A DNA stretch of 64,000 bases, from contig NZ_JAQNDL010000001.1 in the NCBI RefSeq assembly GCF_028368995.1, positions 4,288,001 through 4,352,000 of the forward strand, read 5' to 3'. The notes below the pieces were generated by a model. It saw only the letters and a program-made list of their open reading frames with translations, was not told where the DNA came from and did not search any database. Each line of letters opens with the position of its first letter. Positions within the stretch are counted from its first letter, which is position 1. Of the stretch, positions 9,867-19,443 are shown piece by piece. Position numbers and translations under genes: made by a program. Origin of the DNA: Nannocystis bainbridge (GTDB lineage: Bacteria; Myxococcota_A; Polyangia; Nannocystales; Nannocystaceae).

Positions 9867-10012
9867 AGGTCAGTGCCTCCTGATGGGGCGCCGCGCGCCC
9901 TTTCCGCCGCACCCTAACACGCCCCCCCGACCGGTGGGCCAGAAACGGGCGGAAAGGCCCATGCGCGCGCCCCACAGTGACGCGCTCCACAACGAAATAG
10001 CGGGCCCGTGAA

Positions 10013-12046
10013 TCAAGGCCCGGCCGCGCTCGCGGCCACCTGTTGCAGCAGGTCGAAGCGCGCCTGATAGAGCTCGGCGATCCGCCCCAGGCCCTCGATG
10101 TGATGGCCCTGGCCGGCGAATTCGACGAGCGTGACCGGCTTGCCGAGCGCGCGCGCCCTGTCGTGGAAAGCGCGCGACTCGCCGACCGGCACGCGCCAGT
10201 CGTTGCTGCCGTGGGTGAGGAGCAGCGGGGCGGCGAGCAGGTCGACGTGCGAGAGCGGACTGCGATCCTTCATGCGCGCCAGGTCCTCGGGGCGGCTCGG
10301 ATCGCCGCTCTCCAGCACCACCCAGTCGGGGATGTTGCACTGGTCGTGGAAGCTCTTGATGTCGGAGAAGCCGGCGTGGGCCAGGCCGAAGCCGAACTCG
10401 TAGCGCTCGGCATGTCCCTTGGTACCTGGCGGAAAGGTCAGAGCCCGCATGGTCGCGTAGCCGCCGTGGCTGCCGCCGAACACGCCGATCTGCGCCGGCT
10501 TCAGGCCGAGCGTGCGCTCGGTCCAGCGGGCGACGTGGAACAGGTCGACGATCTCGTCGCCGCCGAGGTCGCGGTCGTTGAGGGCCGCGAACGCCTTGCC
10601 GAAGCCGTCGCCGCCGCGCACCGTCGGCGACACGACGGTCAGGCCGGCCGCGCACATGACGTTGGCGAAGGTGCTGTAGTGGTTCTCGCCGCCGTAGAAC
10701 GCCTCGACGAGGGCGAGCCGGTGGCCGGGGTCCGCGGGCGGACGGCGCGGGGTGAGGACAAAGGCGTGCAGCTCGCGCGGCTTGCCGGTGGCCTTGTCGC
10801 GGTCGAAGGTCGGGATCTTGACCCGCTCGGCGCGGCACTGGGCGACGGCCTCGCGCACGGCGGGCGCGGGCCCGAGGCTGAAGCCGGGGCCGAACGCGGG
10901 GCCCTGGGCGTCGGCGTGGACCGGCTGGACGTTGAGCTCGAAGTACTGGTCGGGCGCCTCGTGGGTCCAGATCACCCGGCCGTCGCGGCCCTCGAGCACG
11001 TCGGCCGCGCCCGGCAGCGGGCGCGCGGCCAGGACCTTGCCGGTGCGCGGATCGATCACCGCCAGCGACGAGCCGAGCGGGCTGCGGTGCACGCCGACCA
11101 CGCCGATGGCGGTGATGAAGGCCGAGGTCAGGTCCTCGGTGAAGCGCGTGAGCTGCTTGATCGCACCTGTCTTGCGGGACAGGCTGTAGAGGTTGCGGTA
11201 GCCGTCGTCGTTGGCGAGCAGCAGCGCGGTGTCGGCGTCGAGCCAGCCCTCGAGCAGCTCGGCGTCGGTGCGCGTGACCTTGGGGTCGGTGAGCACGCGG
11301 ACGACCGGGCGCGCGGCCGTGAGGTCGACCGCGACGAGCTGGGTCCGGTTGCGATCGCCGTCGACCTGGGCGGCGAAGAACACCTCGCGGCCGTCGGGTG
11401 AGAACCGCGGCGACGACCACGTGAAGGTCAGGGCCGGCGTGTCGCAGACGACCTCGCGCGCCGCCTTGCTGGCGATGTCCAGGACGCGCAGGCAGGTGCG
11501 GTACGGCGGCGCCTCACCGGCGCGCGGGAGGTAGGCGATCTGCGATTCAGCGTCGTCGAGGCCGAATCCGTAGACGTAATCGTGGTCGGTGACCTGCTCG
11601 AGCGCCCCTGTCTTGAGATTCAGGGTCCATAGATTCATGCGCTCGTCATTGCGAGCATCGGCGTGCAGCCACAGCGTCGCGCTGGCGGCGTGGTGGTGCA
11701 GGCGCCACAGGCTGCGCTGGGACCAATCGACGTCCGAGACCTTGGTGGCCTGGATCGGGTCGCGGATCGAGTCGTCGGCGAGGTCGAGCACCTGCAGCTC
11801 GTAGCGCTCGCCGGTCTTCAGCACGAACAGCTTGCCGGTGCGCAGGCTCGGCATCCATTGCGTATACGGGAAGCCGGTGAGGAACGGCGCGAGGTCGACG
11901 GCGCGGTCGAAATAGCGGACCACGCCGACCTCGGCCTCGGGCTTGGCCGCGCCCGCGGGCGGCTCGCTGTTCGGATACGGTTTGGCCGCCCTCGGGGGGG
12001 CGCAGGCGGCCAGCAGGGTGAGCGTCGCGACGAGGGGAGTGCGCAC
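10013..12046 (-). CDS. S9 family (prolyl oligopeptidase/acylaminoacyl peptidase) lipoprotein
   Basis: Lipobox LAAC; beta-propeller-like N-terminus; GGSHGG nucleophile, HGSNDWRV, QGHH. Confidence 0.85.
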   Translation of the reverse strand: MRTPLVATLTLLAACAPPRAAKPYPNSEPPAGAAKPEAEVGVVRYFDRAVDLAPFLTGFPYTQWMPSLRTGKLFVLKTGERYELQVLDLADDSIRDPIQATKVSDVDWSQRSLWRLHHHAASATLWLHADARNDERMNLWTLNLKTGALEQVTDHDYVYGFGLDDAESQIAYLPRAGEAPPYRTCLRVLDIASKAAREVVCDTPALTFTWSSPRFSPDGREVFFAAQVDGDRNRTQLVAVDLTAARPVVRVLTDPKVTRTDAELLEGWLDADTALLLANDDGYRNLYSLSRKTGAIKQLTRFTEDLTSAFITAIGVVGVHRSPLGSSLAVIDPRTGKVLAARPLPGAADVLEGRDGRVIWTHEAPDQYFELNVQPVHADAQGPAFGPGFSLGPAPAVREAVAQCRAERVKIPTFDRDKATGKPRELHAFVLTPRRPPADPGHRLALVEAFYGGENHYSTFANVMCAAGLTVVSPTVRGGDGFGKAFAALNDRDLGGDEIVDLFHVARWTERTLGLKPAQIGVFGGSHGGYATMRALTFPPGTKGHAERYEFGFGLAHAGFSDIKSFHDQCNIPDWVVLESGDPSRPEDLARMKDRSPLSHVDLLAAPLLLTHGSNDWRVPVGESRAFHDRARALGKPVTLVEFAGQGHHIEGLGRIAELYQARFDLLQQVAASAAGP

Positions 12047-12109
12047 GGCCCTACCCTGCTAGCAGCCCGCCCGCGCCGGGTGCAAGGGGGGCGCGGGCGG
12101 CGGCGCGGG

Positions 12110-13093
12110 TCAGAGCGCCTGGGTCTGGGTCATCAACAGGCCGCCGTTCTCGGACGGGCTGGTGGTGCTGCAGGTCGGCAGGACGCCCTTGCCGGCGGCC
12201 ACACACTCGGCGATCACCGCGGCGCGCGTCCACGACAGCCGGCGCGGAGTGTTGAGGCAGACCGCGCCGTCGGGGCCCCACTTGGCCTCGACCGGCCAGG
12301 CGGTCCCGGGCTGCTGGATGCCCCACTTGTCGCTCACGTCGATCGGGTTGCCGTTGACGGTGTGGCTCGCGCCCGTGCCGCAGTAGTCGGCCCGGATCAT
12401 GCGCACCGCGGCCTGGTGGGCGTCCTTCAGCGAGGTCGCGCCGACGCTGCGCCACGGCGCGTAGCCCCACTCGACCGCCTTGGCCAGGGCGGCGCCGCGA
12501 CAGGCCCAGGTGAACGCGTCGGCGTACTCGATGCGCGAGCCGGTGCGCTCGTCCCAGGCGAAGTTGAGGGCGATCGCCTCGGTCGGGTTGCTGGCGCCGT
12601 CGCGGCACAGATACTCCCAGGTGGTGGCGTCGACCTGGTAGCGCACGTCGTTGAAGTAGATGTCGTCGTCGGAGCCGCTCTGCACGACGCTGAAGATCTT
12701 GAGCCGCTTGTTCTCGAAGCTGCCGGGCGAGATCTCGTAGTCGAACTCGTACTCGGCGTCGACGAGCTCGGCGCCCGAGCGCTGGATCGAGTCGAGCAGC
12801 GCAGTGATGAGGCTGCCCGACGTGATGGCGAAGCTGTCGAGCTCGGAGGTGTTCATGCGCATCCCGTTCATGCGCATCCCGTTCATCACCTCGCCGTTCA
12901 TCCGCATGCCGTTCATCCGCATGCCGTTGACGAGCGGTCCGTTGACCTGGACGCCGTTGTCGATGACGGTGCGAAACGTGACGCCGTCGTCGATCGGCGT
13001 GCCGACCTGGGCGTGCTCGGCCACCTCGTCACATCCGACGAGCCCGATGCTCAAAGCCGCGACCACCAAAGTATGCTTATGAACCGAAAACAT
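12110..13093 (-). CDS. ADYC-domain lipoprotein with NGxxx pentapeptide repeats
   Basis: Lipobox LVGC; NGMRMNGMRMNGEVMNGMRMNGMRMN; RMIRADYCG and EAKWGPDGAVC motifs. Confidence 0.8.
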   Translation of the reverse strand: MFSVHKHTLVVAALSIGLVGCDEVAEHAQVGTPIDDGVTFRTVIDNGVQVNGPLVNGMRMNGMRMNGEVMNGMRMNGMRMNTSELDSFAITSGSLITALLDSIQRSGAELVDAEYEFDYEISPGSFENKRLKIFSVVQSGSDDDIYFNDVRYQVDATTWEYLCRDGASNPTEAIALNFAWDERTGSRIEYADAFTWACRGAALAKAVEWGYAPWRSVGATSLKDAHQAAVRMIRADYCGTGASHTVNGNPIDVSDKWGIQQPGTAWPVEAKWGPDGAVCLNTPRRLSWTRAAVIAECVAAGKGVLPTCSTTSPSENGGLLMTQTQAL

Positions 13094-13273
13094 GGCTTCC
13101 CCCTCCAAGGGCCGAAAAACCGGCCTCACCATCTTTCATATCGCGGGTGATCCGATTTTACGAGTGACAGCACACCGCGAAATATTCGCAGTCGCCGTCG
13201 GGCGCCCGCCCGGCGCCCGCCCGCGCGTGTGGTCTGCGAATCGCCGCTCCGCGACTGACGACTGACGGCCTCT

Positions 13274-16200
13274 TCACGATCCGCCGGTCGGCCTCGCGGG
13301 CGCGACCGAGGCGCAAACACGCAACCCCAGCGTCGAATCACGGGTGTCCGGCGACCACGGATAGCGGTTCACGGAGCGACAGGTCACCTCGTCGTAATAA
13401 TAAGCCCCGCCGCGGATGATGCCCTCGTTCGGCGCGAGGGACGAAGTCGTCCACTCCCAGACGTTGCCGACCAGATCGTCGACGCCGAACGGGCTGCGCG
13501 AGGCCGGGTGGGCGCCGCCGACGTCAGGCCCGCCGTGCTCGGGGACGCGGGCGTAGGTCTCGTCGTAGTTGGCGTCGGCGCGCGTGATCGAGTCGGCGTG
13601 GGGGAAGTTGCGGGCATCGGCGCCGCGGGCCGCTCGCTCCCACTCCCATTCGGAGCAAAGCCGGGCGCCCGGGACCCGCCCGGAGCGATCGAGCCAGCGG
13701 AGGTACGCGTTCGCGTCGTCCCACGAGATGGCCGAGACCGGCATGTCGAGCCAGTCCTGCTCGGCCAGCGCGTCGCGCCCGGCGTAGCGCAGCGGCTCGC
13801 CCATGCGCGCGGCGTAGGTGGCCTCGCCGGCCTTCATCACCAGCCGCCAGCCGCGCTCGACCGGCTCGAGGCGGACGCCGACGTGGAACTTGTCGGCCTC
13901 GACGCCGGGGGTCCTCAGCGCGCGCTCGGCCGCGGGCAGGTCGTCGAGGAAGGCGATCCATTCGCGCCAGGTGGTCTCGCGCCGGGCGATCGCGTAGCTG
14001 CCGGTGGTGACCTCGTGCTGCGGGGCGGCGAAGAAGAACTTGCGGCGGATCGTGTCCTCGTCGGCGCTGCCGAACAGCGCGGCGCCGGCGGCCACGAACG
14101 CGAAGCCGGGCGGGATCGACGAGGCCAGGGGGATGTCGAGCGCGAGCTGCTTCGCCTCGCCGCGCCCCAGCAGCACGGGATAGAAGATCGGCTCGCGACC
14201 GTCGATCGCGAGCTCGAGCAAGTACGAGCCGGGCGCCAGCTCGAGCGGCGCGACCGGGGCGAGGCCGAGCTCGCGCGGCTCGACCAGAGCGTAGCGGTGG
14301 TCGTCGTCGCGCTCGTAGCGGGCCAGCTTGACCGTGGCGGCGTCGGGCCCGACCGCGACCGAGAGCGTCGCCGGGGCGCTCCAGCGAGCCTGGCGCGTGC
14401 CGTCGTCGTAGAGCCTCACGCGCGCGACCAGCTCCTCGGCCAGCTCGGGCCTGTAGCGCACCTCGGCCAGCGCGGCCCGCTCGTACAGCGCGTCGGCGAT
14501 CAGCTGCTTGGCCTCGGGGTGCGCGGGGTCGAAGCCGAGAGCCACCTCCGAGGCCGAGATCGCCTCCTTGTAGGTGCGGTCGGCCTCGTCGAAGCGGTGC
14601 AGCGTGCGCGCCCACTCCTCCTCGCCGCCCGGGACGTCGCGGCCGTCGAACTTGCGCAGCGCGTGGGCCCGGCTGGTCCGCGCCTCCTGGTCGTGCGCGT
14701 GGGCGGCCGCGAACGCCTCGCGCGCGCGCGTGAGCTGGTCGTCGACCTTGCCCGCCAGCGCTCGCGCCTCCTGGACCTTCACCCCGGCGAACGCGAGCCC
14801 GGCGACCAGCGGCAGGGTCGCGATCGCCACCCCGCGCAGCCAGCGACGGCGCCGCAGCTCGGCCGCGCTGGCGGCCAGGAACTCGCGCTCGCGCGCCCGC
14901 AGGCTCGCGGCCTCGAGCTTGTCGGACTCGACCAGCTGTTCGGCCGTCCACAGGCCCACCTGGCCCTGCCCGAGGCGCTGCCACTCGACCGCCGCCTGCT
15001 CGAGGCGATGACGGATCTCCCGCGACTCGCGCTCCTCGTTGATCCACCGCTGCAGGGCGCTCCAGTTGCGGATCAGCGCCTCGTGGGCGATCTCGTGGAC
15101 GGTGCCGTCCTGGGCCTCGCGCGCGACCACGAGGCGGCCGCGGACCAGGGCCTCGAGCGCGGCTTCGCTGGCCGGGTCGCCGCTGACGAGGTCCTCGACC
15201 GGCAGGCTCGCGCGCGTGTCCTCGATGGTGACGAGGCGCATCAGCAGCCGGCGCACGGCGATCCGCTGCGACGGCGGCAGGCCGGCGACGACGTTGTCGG
15301 CGTGGCGCGCGAGCGCCCCGGTGACGCGACCGATCCGCTCGAGATCGGCGGCGGTGATGATCTTGCTGCCGGCCTCGCGCGCCTCCCACAGCTCGGCCAG
15401 CGCGAACTGCAAGAGCGGCAGGCTGCCCTCGACGCCGGCCTGGATCAGCTCGTCGACGAGGCCCTCCGAGCCGAAGTGCACGCCCTGCAGCGCCGCCGGG
15501 CCGACGATCGCCTCGCGCATGCCCTCGCGCGTGAGCGGCGTGAGCAGGTAGACGGCGGGGTTGATGAACGGCCCGAGCTGCGGCAGCGCGGCCGCGCGGG
15601 TCAAGAAGTCGCCGCGCACGCTGGCGAGCAGGCGCAGGCTCGGCACGCCGGAGGCGAAGGCGGTGAGGAAGCGGCCGAACGGCTCGACCTGCGGCGCCTC
15701 GCTGAGGGTGACGAGCTCCTCGAGCTGGTCGATGAACAGGACGAACCCGCGGTCCTTGCCCTGGCGGCGCGCGAGCAGGCGCACCAGGCCCTCGGGCTCG
15801 CCCATGAGCAGGGTGCGCAGGGCCTCCTCCTTGAGCGTGAAGTGCGAAGCGAGCGCGGACACCAGGGTCTGCAGCGGGCGCCGGCCGGGGATCATCGCCA
15901 GGCTGCTCCACGTGCGGCCGCCGACCCCGGGAGGTTGGCTCGCCTGCGGCAGCACGCCGGCGCGGCACAGCGACGACTTGCCGACGCCCGAGTCGCCGGC
16001 CACCAGCACGAACGACTGCACGCGCAGGCGATCGACGACGGTGCGGATCTCCGCGACCCGGCCGAAGAACACGGCGCGGTGGCGGGCCTCGAACGCCTGC
16101 AGGCCGCGGTACGGGTTGCCGTGGATGACCTCGGCGATCGGTCCGGTGGTCAGCAGCAGCTCGAGCGCGGTGCACAGCTCGTCGGCCGAGGCGAACCGGG

Positions 16201-17113
16201 CCGAGGACGCGCGCTGCAGGCAGCGGTCGATCAGCGCCGCGAACCGGCTGTCGACCGCGGGCGCGACCTCCTGCAGCGGCCGCGGAGATGTCTCTTGGGA
16301 CAGGCGGGCCAGCTCGAGCGTGCTGGTCGCCTCGAGCGGCGGATGCCCGGCGCAGAGGATGTAGAGCAGCGCGCCGAGGGCGTAGATGTCGGAGCTGCGG
16401 GTGGCCGGCTCGGCGCGCCACAGCTCGGGCGCCATGTAATACGGCGTGCCGACGATCACCTCGTCGTCGGCGTCCTCTCCCGACGCCCGGCCCGCCATCG
16501 TGCTGTCGAGCGGCGCGACGATGTCGACGCGCGGGATCCCGAACTCGGCCGTGTCGCCGATATGGTTGTCGACCCCGAGCATCACCGGCGCCGGCGTCTT
16601 GATGTCGGGCCGCCGCGCGGCCCCCTGCGGCACCAGCTTGGCCAGCCCGAAGTCGAGCAGCTTGACCTCGCCGAGCTCGTTGCGGACCACGTTGGCGAGC
16701 TTGATGTCGCGGTGCAGCACGCCCTGGCGGTGCGCCGCCGCCAGCCCGCGGGCGAGGCCGACGCCGATCGTCAGCGCCTCCTGCCACGGCAAGGCGCTCT
16801 TGATGTCCGACAGCGGCTGGCCGCGGACGTACTCGGAGATGATGTAGAGCCGCCCCTCGAGCTCGCCGATGCGGTGGATCGCCATCACGTTCGGGTGGGC
16901 GATCCGGGCCGCGGCGCGGGCCTCGGTGACGAACCGCTCGCGCGTGCGCGGATTCGCGTCGCGGGCGTTGATGAACTTGATCGCTACCGGCCGGTCCAGG
17001 ATCGTGTCGTGACCCAGGAACACGACGCCCATGCTGCCGCTGCCGAGCCCGCGGACGAGGCGGTACTCATCGAACTGTTGTGGAAGGGTCCATTCGCCGC
17101 CGGCCGACATCAT
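13274..17113 (-). CDS. Ser/Thr kinase - nSTAND1-type NTPase - TM - FGE-sulfatase domain protein
   Basis: LGSGSMG, VAIK, HRDIK, DFG, GTPYYMAPE; NPYRGL, GDSGVGKSS, FIDQLEEL; a TM helix; EWEWERAARG, GNVWEW. Confidence 0.9.
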   Translation of the reverse strand: MMSAGGEWTLPQQFDEYRLVRGLGSGSMGVVFLGHDTILDRPVAIKFINARDANPRTRERFVTEARAAARIAHPNVMAIHRIGELEGRLYIISEYVRGQPLSDIKSALPWQEALTIGVGLARGLAAAHRQGVLHRDIKLANVVRNELGEVKLLDFGLAKLVPQGAARRPDIKTPAPVMLGVDNHIGDTAEFGIPRVDIVAPLDSTMAGRASGEDADDEVIVGTPYYMAPELWRAEPATRSSDIYALGALLYILCAGHPPLEATSTLELARLSQETSPRPLQEVAPAVDSRFAALIDRCLQRASSARFASADELCTALELLLTTGPIAEVIHGNPYRGLQAFEARHRAVFFGRVAEIRTVVDRLRVQSFVLVAGDSGVGKSSLCRAGVLPQASQPPGVGGRTWSSLAMIPGRRPLQTLVSALASHFTLKEEALRTLLMGEPEGLVRLLARRQGKDRGFVLFIDQLEELVTLSEAPQVEPFGRFLTAFASGVPSLRLLASVRGDFLTRAAALPQLGPFINPAVYLLTPLTREGMREAIVGPAALQGVHFGSEGLVDELIQAGVEGSLPLLQFALAELWEAREAGSKIITAADLERIGRVTGALARHADNVVAGLPPSQRIAVRRLLMRLVTIEDTRASLPVEDLVSGDPASEAALEALVRGRLVVAREAQDGTVHEIAHEALIRNWSALQRWINEERESREIRHRLEQAAVEWQRLGQGQVGLWTAEQLVESDKLEAASLRAREREFLAASAAELRRRRWLRGVAIATLPLVAGLAFAGVKVQEARALAGKVDDQLTRAREAFAAAHAHDQEARTSRAHALRKFDGRDVPGGEEEWARTLHRFDEADRTYKEAISASEVALGFDPAHPEAKQLIADALYERAALAEVRYRPELAEELVARVRLYDDGTRQARWSAPATLSVAVGPDAATVKLARYERDDDHRYALVEPRELGLAPVAPLELAPGSYLLELAIDGREPIFYPVLLGRGEAKQLALDIPLASSIPPGFAFVAAGAALFGSADEDTIRRKFFFAAPQHEVTTGSYAIARRETTWREWIAFLDDLPAAERALRTPGVEADKFHVGVRLEPVERGWRLVMKAGEATYAARMGEPLRYAGRDALAEQDWLDMPVSAISWDDANAYLRWLDRSGRVPGARLCSEWEWERAARGADARNFPHADSITRADANYDETYARVPEHGGPDVGGAHPASRSPFGVDDLVGNVWEWTTSSLAPNEGIIRGGAYYYDEVTCRSVNRYPWSPDTRDSTLGLRVCASVAPARPTGGS

Positions 17114-17221
17114 TCCCGCGTCGACCCCTCCTTTTATCGTCTCCTGGATGGCCGCAAGTATATACGGCGGAGGGGGCGCGCCGCGGCCCGGTCGTTCGTC
17201 CCACGGCCCCGTCCGCCCCGG

Positions 17222-17686
17222 TCATGCGCCGCTCGCGGAGGCTCCGCTGCGGGCGTCGGCGTCGGGCCCGTGCACCAGCCGCCTGTCCTCGACCTGGTAC
17301 AGGAACTCGACCGCTGCGTCGACGCTGGCCCCCTCGCCCACGACCTGCACCACGATCGTGCCAGTCCCCGCCCCGATCTCGAGCACGAGCCGGCGCGAGG
17401 TGCCGTAGAGCAGCATGAGCAGCAGCGCCACGCCGAACAGCCCATACGTGATCGTGCGGTCGTACTCGAGGGCGGCGATCCCGAGCACCGCGGTCACGGC
17501 CGCGAGCCACAGCAGCCACGGCAGATGGTGACGTCCCAATCGGACCCACTGCACCGCGGCGACGGGGATCGAAGTCAGCGCCGCCGACGAGCCCTCGCGC
17601 GCGCTCTGCCAGACCCGGTGGGATGTCAGCGTGATGTCCCGCCAGGTGGAGACCACGTGCTCGCCGCGCAACAGCTTGCGGTTCAT
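17222..17686 (-). CDS. Small membrane protein (2 TM)
   Basis: 154-aa ORF with two hydrophobic helices and GC3 bias. Confidence 0.6.
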   Translation of the reverse strand: MNRKLLRGEHVVSTWRDITLTSHRVWQSAREGSSAALTSIPVAAVQWVRLGRHHLPWLLWLAAVTAVLGIAALEYDRTITYGLFGVALLLMLLYGTSRRLVLEIGAGTGTIVVQVVGEGASVDAAVEFLYQVEDRRLVHGPDADARSGASASGA

Positions 17687-17774
17687 AACGCTCGCAGCAT
17701 GCTACCGCCGCCGCGAGGAGCGAGAAAGCGCGGCGTCCGGCCCATGGGCCACGGGTTATCCTCGCCGCTTGTCG

Positions 17775-18974
17775 GTGCGTGGACTGTTGACCCTGGTGGC
17801 CGGCGGATGGCTGGTGAACGCCGGCTGCGACGCCTCTGCGGGCCCTCGCGCGCGCGCTGCCGAGCAGCCGCCCCGGGTCGCGTCCGCGGGGCCTCCGGCG
17901 TCCTTGCGGGTTGCAGCTACACCGGACGGCGGGGCGTCCGCAGACACCGATCGGGGCCAGCCGCCAGCCCCCACCGGGCCCGCGCCGCTGTCACCCGAGC
18001 AGCGGGCGACGCTGGAGCGGGTGCGGGCCGAGCGGATCTTCGTCACCCCGCCCCTGCACTTCACGGCCAGCAACGAATACCGCCACGCGCTGTGGTTCCC
18101 GTTCGTGCAAGGGCTCGGCGGGGCCTACGTCGGCGTGGCCTCCGACCAGAACTACACGCTGCTGGCGGCGGCCCGCAGCGAGGTCGCGTTCATCGTCGAC
18201 ATCGACCGCAAGGTCGTCGACCTCCACCAGATCTACGCGGCGCTGATCGCCGCGGCCCCCGAGCCCGCGGGGTTCCTGGCGCTGTTCGAGCCCGGAGCCG
18301 GCGAGGCCGCGCGCCAGGCGATCGCGGCCGGGCTGGCGCACCAGCCTCGCGACCAGCAGGGCCGCGTGCAGGCGCTGTTCGCGGGCGAACGCGCGGCGCT
18401 GGCGGTGTACCTGCAACGGGTGCGCGACCAACAGATCGGCTCGTGGCTGGCCGATCCCGCGGCATACACCTATGTCCGCGAGATGTTCGCGGCCGGACGG
18501 ATCCGCGTGCTCCAGGGCAACCTCACCGGCAAAACGACGATGGCCGACATCGCCGCGGCGACTCGCGCGCTCGCGTTGCCGGTGACGGTCCTCTACCTCA
18601 GCAACGCCGAAGACTATCTGTTCTACACCGACCGCTTCGCCGCCAACGTGGCAGCGCTGCCGAGCTCCCCGCGCAGCGCGCTGCTGCGGACGATCCACGA
18701 CCGCTTCCCGACGTGGGAGAGCGCCGGCGAGGGCGATCCGCGCTGGCACTACCAGGTCCAGGCGCTCCCTGACTTCCAGCGAAGACTCGGGGACCGCTCC
18801 CACGGCCGCAACCAAGATCGTGCTTCGATGTTGACGACGGCGGTCGCCGTCGGCGCAGTCGAGCGCAAGTCTCGCGGGCTGAGCACGATCGCCCTGAACA
18901 CCACAGAACCGGCCGGAGAAGGAGATCTCCTCATCGCGCGCGCGGACGAGGCCGCAGCGCCACGCCGAGACTGA
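17775..18974 (+). CDS. Hypothetical lipoprotein (LIC_10091-like)
   Basis: GTG start, signal ending VNAGC; SNE...GGAYVGVASDQNY and YLSNAEDY motifs; start approximate. Confidence 0.6.
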   Translation: MRGLLTLVAGGWLVNAGCDASAGPRARAAEQPPRVASAGPPASLRVAATPDGGASADTDRGQPPAPTGPAPLSPEQRATLERVRAERIFVTPPLHFTASNEYRHALWFPFVQGLGGAYVGVASDQNYTLLAAARSEVAFIVDIDRKVVDLHQIYAALIAAAPEPAGFLALFEPGAGEAARQAIAAGLAHQPRDQQGRVQALFAGERAALAVYLQRVRDQQIGSWLADPAAYTYVREMFAAGRIRVLQGNLTGKTTMADIAAATRALALPVTVLYLSNAEDYLFYTDRFAANVAALPSSPRSALLRTIHDRFPTWESAGEGDPRWHYQVQALPDFQRRLGDRSHGRNQDRASMLTTAVAVGAVERKSRGLSTIALNTTEPAGEGDLLIARADEAAAPRRD

Positions 18975-19042
18975 CGCCCCGGCAGCTCGGCGATCGCAGA
19001 GCCCCTTTAAAAGTTTGTCACGCTCGCTCGCAGGGCCCGATA

Positions 19043-19115
19043 GACATGTTTAAAGAATCATGTCTTTAAAGACATGTCTGATTCGACATGCCCTTCACAA
19101 CATGTCCCATAGACG
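19043..19115. repeat. Phased array of 14-bp TGTC-N6-GACA palindromes
   Basis: Exact copies at 19061 and 19075, flanked by degenerate units in the same 14-bp register. Confidence 0.8.
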
Positions 19116-19443
19116 TTGCGCCGTCGCATCCGCAGGTACGACCTCGCGGCTCGCCGCGTCGGACGCGTCCTGCAGCCGGTCTCCAGCGGTTGCTGTCGTG
19201 CTGACGGAGAGACGCCAGCGGACTGGGTGCCCGGCTTCATGCTGCGCTCGGCCGCCCCCAGCACGACGTCGACCGCGGGCAGCAGCACCGCTTCGACCTG
19301 CTCGATCGGCTGCTGACGCTCGGTCGCTGCGGCTCGAGCTTCGCGCCGCCAGCCGCGGAGATCGACATGGACCCTGACGCTTGCCGCCTGGCCTTCGAGG
19401 CATGTCCCTTCGGGCATGCCCCCGCATCCGCCGCGCGAGCGCG

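Noticed and set aside
6683-17113. Diversity-generating retroelement targeting the FGE/C-type-lectin domains
   Set aside because: No reverse transcriptase, and no template/variable repeat pair differing at adenines was seen.
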